Assembly (NCBI GenBank): GCA_043228905.1
Contig: JBHGNT010000537.1
Location: 1-21,226, forward strand
Direction: 5' to 3'
DNA: 21,226 nucleotides
Origin: Azolla caroliniana
Taxonomy: Eukaryota > Plantae > Polypodiophyta
A program made the position numbers and the translations under genes. How positions within the stretch are numbered: position 1 is the stretch's first letter; every line of letters starts with the position of its first letter. The notes beneath the pieces are model-generated. The model ran no database searches. It was not told the origin of the DNA and saw nothing but the letters and a program-made list of their open reading frames with translations. Positions 17,601 to 21,226 of this stretch are shown here, piece by piece.

Positions 17601-19045
17601 CGGCATTAGTCATGGTGTAAGCTCAATCTAGTAGTTTAGAATGCCCCCCTTTCCAACTTTGCTCGTCAAACATGATGACAACGCCCCAAGATCATGTTTA
17701 ACATAGCGATTACACAATTGTGAAGGCCATATCATTTACATATTAGTTTAACATTGCAATTACATGATAAATAGTTGAAAGAGATTTAAATATTGTCCTT
17801 AGCTATAAGCATTAGTCATGTCCATTCACGATGCATTCAAAACTTTTGGGCCTATAATCACAATAATGACCAGTTGAATATTCATGTAGTAAATTTTCAT
17901 TTGTGGTAGTTATTGTTGCAATAGTTATTTGGAGTATAGTTTTTCTATACCATATCGTTGTCTTCAAAAGTATTGATGTAATCTTGATGAGAAATTTGAT
18001 TCCCTTAGTCTAAGCTTAGCATCTAAAACTATGGTAATTTATGATAGATAGAATTTACATCTTTTTGTTTACCTAATTGATGTTCACCACTAATTGCGGT
18101 TTCTAATAGTACTCAATGCACAATGATGTGTCATGTTGCAAAGGGACAAAAGAACCCAAAATATTAAGCAATCTCCTTGATGAAAGAGATGTGGCTCACA
18201 AACAAGGTTGCATAGCAATAGTGTGGAGAACATGTTCAATCATATAGCATATTAATAAACCAACATACTTATTAATAGTCATGCGATTGGAAAGCAACTT
18301 CTTTTCTAAACAAATGCAAAGCTTAGTTTTCAAAGTTGTGAACCTACAAATTAAATGGCAGATGAGATACACTTGAGCTCACATCATGTACATATATGCA
18401 ACAATCTTTCTTCATAAACTTAAATATGACTCCCTTTCTATGGTTTGTCCAAGAGCTTTTATAGATCTCCATAAACTTGCTTTTTTGTTTACTCCCTCCC
18501 TCTCTTAGCTTTTTGAACTTTAAAGTTGTCCTTAAATATCATGCATGGGTCTACATGAAATTCAATGGATGTCCAAATGCAAACGGACACATCATATTAC
18601 AAAACAAACTATTGCTAGAAAAGCCCCTACTAACTAATTGATGAGCTTGGAAATTTGACCCTATCATTCCAAAGACAAGAGACATGTTCACAAGTGAACA
18701 GTTGTAGAATAAATACATTTAAAAAGACATATAAGGTAGATGTACATCCCGCATGATATACTCAATCATATGTAAAATTTGAGTTTAGTTACTTGCTTTC
18801 TTTTTTTATCCATAACATATTGCTTTGAACTAGGGATTTAAGTGTCATACATCAATAATTCATACTTTCATAGAATACTAGAAATTTAAAGCTACACTTG
18901 TTAAGAATGGACGCTACTTGTATTCAAACACCAATTCCAATATCGATGAAGTCAATTTTATTTAATGAAAGAACTCAAATCTCACTTTAGGGAGCAAAAC
19001 CACTTTGTACATTGTAAACAAAGACAACCAAATTTATTATGTAAA

Positions 19046-19075
19046 CGTGATTGTCTTTTGCGTGATTGTCTTTTG
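19046..19075. repeat. Perfect 15-bp tandem duplication
   Basis: CGTGATTGTCTTTTG x2. Confidence 0.9.
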
Positions 19076-19687
19076 TACTATTTCTTGATGTGTTTATGAG
19101 AAACAACACCTTTATATACTCAAACCATTTTGTATCTATTAAATTGTTTTGAGATTAGTCACAATCCTGTTTAATAATAGATTGCACGTGGAAACACATT
19201 TTTCTTGTATATCAAACTACGGAGTTACGGAGTTTCTGTTTAAGTTCTTGTTCGTTGTTAGTCCAACATGGATAGTACATGTATGCTAAATAATAGACCT
19301 TGAAATTAAGAAAGTTCCCCTCGAATGAAACAGTTCATTATTCAATTTAAAAGGTAGACATAGGTATGTGTGTCATTTTGACATATGTTTTTCTCATGGT
19401 TTATTGGCAAATTGGTATTCTTTCTCTTGACAATGGTAGAGGGTATTACTTTGGGTGATTCTTTCAAGAAAATACAACTTGTATTTCATTCCAAATGCAA
19501 ACTATGGGCTGTTGAAACACTAAAAAACTCTCTTTCCATGGCAAAAAATTAATAAAATTTCCCTTTTTTCATATGCTTTTTCAATTACTTGTTGGTTTCC
19601 AAATACAAAATTGAAATGAGTGTAATTGTGGGTTATAGGTATAAGTTATAACATTAATGACAAATTCTGAAGTTAATTGTAATGGTT

Positions 19688-19950
19688 TAAGTGTAGGATA
19701 AGTGGGAAACCGATTATCCTAGTACTTTGGACAAACCCATAAGGATCTATGACACGTGGGAACATGTGATGCGTTGGGGGTCTCAAAGTGTCGTAAGAAA
19801 AGGATAGCTAGTCTCCCTCATAGACATCTAAGGATAACTTTAGATAACATCATGAGACTAATAGACCACCATGTGTTCCCATGTATCATAGGCCATAACG
19901 GGTTTGTCCCAAATCCTTGGATAACTGGTTTAGTACTAATCCTAACCTTA
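19688..19950. mobile_element. Fold-back MITE (~260 bp) with ~85-100-bp imperfect TIRs and TA (or TTA) target site
   Basis: The left arm TAAGTGTAGGATAAGT..AAACC..TTATCC..GGACAAACCC..CTATGACACGTGGGAACA aligns without gaps to the reverse complement of the right arm, TAAGGTTAGGATTAGT..AAACC..TTATCC..GGACAAACCC..CTATGATACATGGGAACA. Confidence 0.8.
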
Positions 19951-20959
19951 CAACATTAAAATCAGCTTTAGAAATGGCTCTTAAGTCATGCCAATAGCAA
20001 TTAGACATTGGGTCCTCATTTTTCAAATATATCAAAAATGATTTTTTCCATGTGATATATGGGGTCAATGTAATGAGTAATGGAATAACAAACAAGGCCT
20101 TCAATTCAATCAATGGTCTTGTATATAGATAGCACCTTAACCCTAACCATAAAGTGCTTCTATATCGATTATTCTATGTGGTACAATGTTTCCGAAATGA
20201 ATAAAGATTTCCTTCGCAAACACGATGCTTCAACTGAGCATTATGAATCAATCAATAGACTAAACAATGAGAAAACCTCTTAAACAAATTCCCCATTTTT
20301 AAAATTTTCTCCAAATGCAATTCCCCATTTTTTGAAGTTTTTTAGCTCATCTTAAATGATTGTTAGGACAAATTAAGTGAGATAAGGATATGTTTGGATT
20401 GTGATAAAAACTTATTACTTAATGTCATGGTCCAAATACATTCCTAGTGTTTAGGTAATCATTGTTAGTAAACTGCCATGGTACAACAATGTAAGAATCG
20501 TTGTGAGTTATCTCATGTTGAGAGCATGGCTTGCTCAATAAGAAAGATGATCATGATATATGAAATGAAAAGAATATATGTAGGTCACACCACCTAATAT
20601 ATGGTGTCTAGTTGTAAGTTTGCGCCATAGTGATTACTAGGAGAGATATTTTCAGAAAGTGACAAAGTGTGAGATTTTCCCGGACCACCAAATGCTAAGC
20701 ATTAGTATATTACAATTCATATGGAACCTTCCTCTCCATATATCCATCGATTAATTAATTTTCCGAAATGTGAAAATAAAATTATTCACATAAGTTAAAA
20801 CATGATGAGAACATAGAATACCATCACTCATAAAGGAATAACATGTTAGAATACTTGCATATACATCACTATTAAACTTTGCCCCAAAATGATACCTCCA
20901 CACAACTGAAATGCTTTGCTTTACAAGCTTATGCAATAATGCAAATATAAATAGCTGAA

Positions 20960-21090
20960 CGAGGACTTTGTTTATACTCTCACTCACTCTTTCACATGTT
21001 GCAACAAGTAATGTTACTAACTCAAAAGCTATATAAATGTATCGAACGATATTTTGAAAACCCTTTTCAATTGTGGGTTCTCGCATTTCC
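20960..21090 (-). mobile_element. Possible hAT transposase C-terminal dimerisation-domain remnant
   Basis: GFQNIVRYIYIAFELVTLLVATCERV resembles the hAT pattern FPN...L..IA..LP...A.CER.FS; short and degenerate. Confidence 0.4.
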
Positions 21091-21226
21091 CAAATGAGCT
21101 AAAGATAATGACATGCAAAGGCTCGCAAAAAGAAATTCCCATCAAATCATATTAGTATAGTAATATTTATGTATGTGAAGTTAACAACACCAAAACAAAA
21201 ATGTAGAGGTCAATCTTACCACATGT

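Noticed and set aside
17600-19600. Possible further TE remnants
   Set aside because: CpG-depleted and repeat-like, but no domain, termini or TSD could be identified by eye.

Overview
AT-rich eukaryotic (land-plant-type) nuclear DNA with GT-AG introns; no prokaryotic features, structural RNA genes or CRISPR arrays were seen. The main feature is a + strand CENP-C (inner kinetochore) gene. Seven exons (7971-13031) splice into an uninterrupted 637-codon frame ending in the CENP-C motif [21 protein letters not shown]; the usual terminal exon was not confidently found. The locus is unusually built from local duplications: four ~180-bp satellite-like units abut the promoter, intron 1 consists of decayed copies of exons 1 and 2, introns 2 and 3 carry their own repeat families, and exon 5 has an in-frame 73-aa duplication. 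Upstream are a two-exon 65-aa plant small-protein gene (4378-5144, DVQACGYEDVQVMW family) and the probable start of a minus-strand gene (1-59) with a TSD-flanked non-LTR retroelement tail in its promoter. Downstream (13.1-21.2 kb) is TE debris: a deleted Tcn1/Tf2-like Ty3/gypsy element, an L1-like LINE 3' part, two MITE-like elements and a possible hAT fragment. All calls come from reading the sequence by eye; no searches were run.
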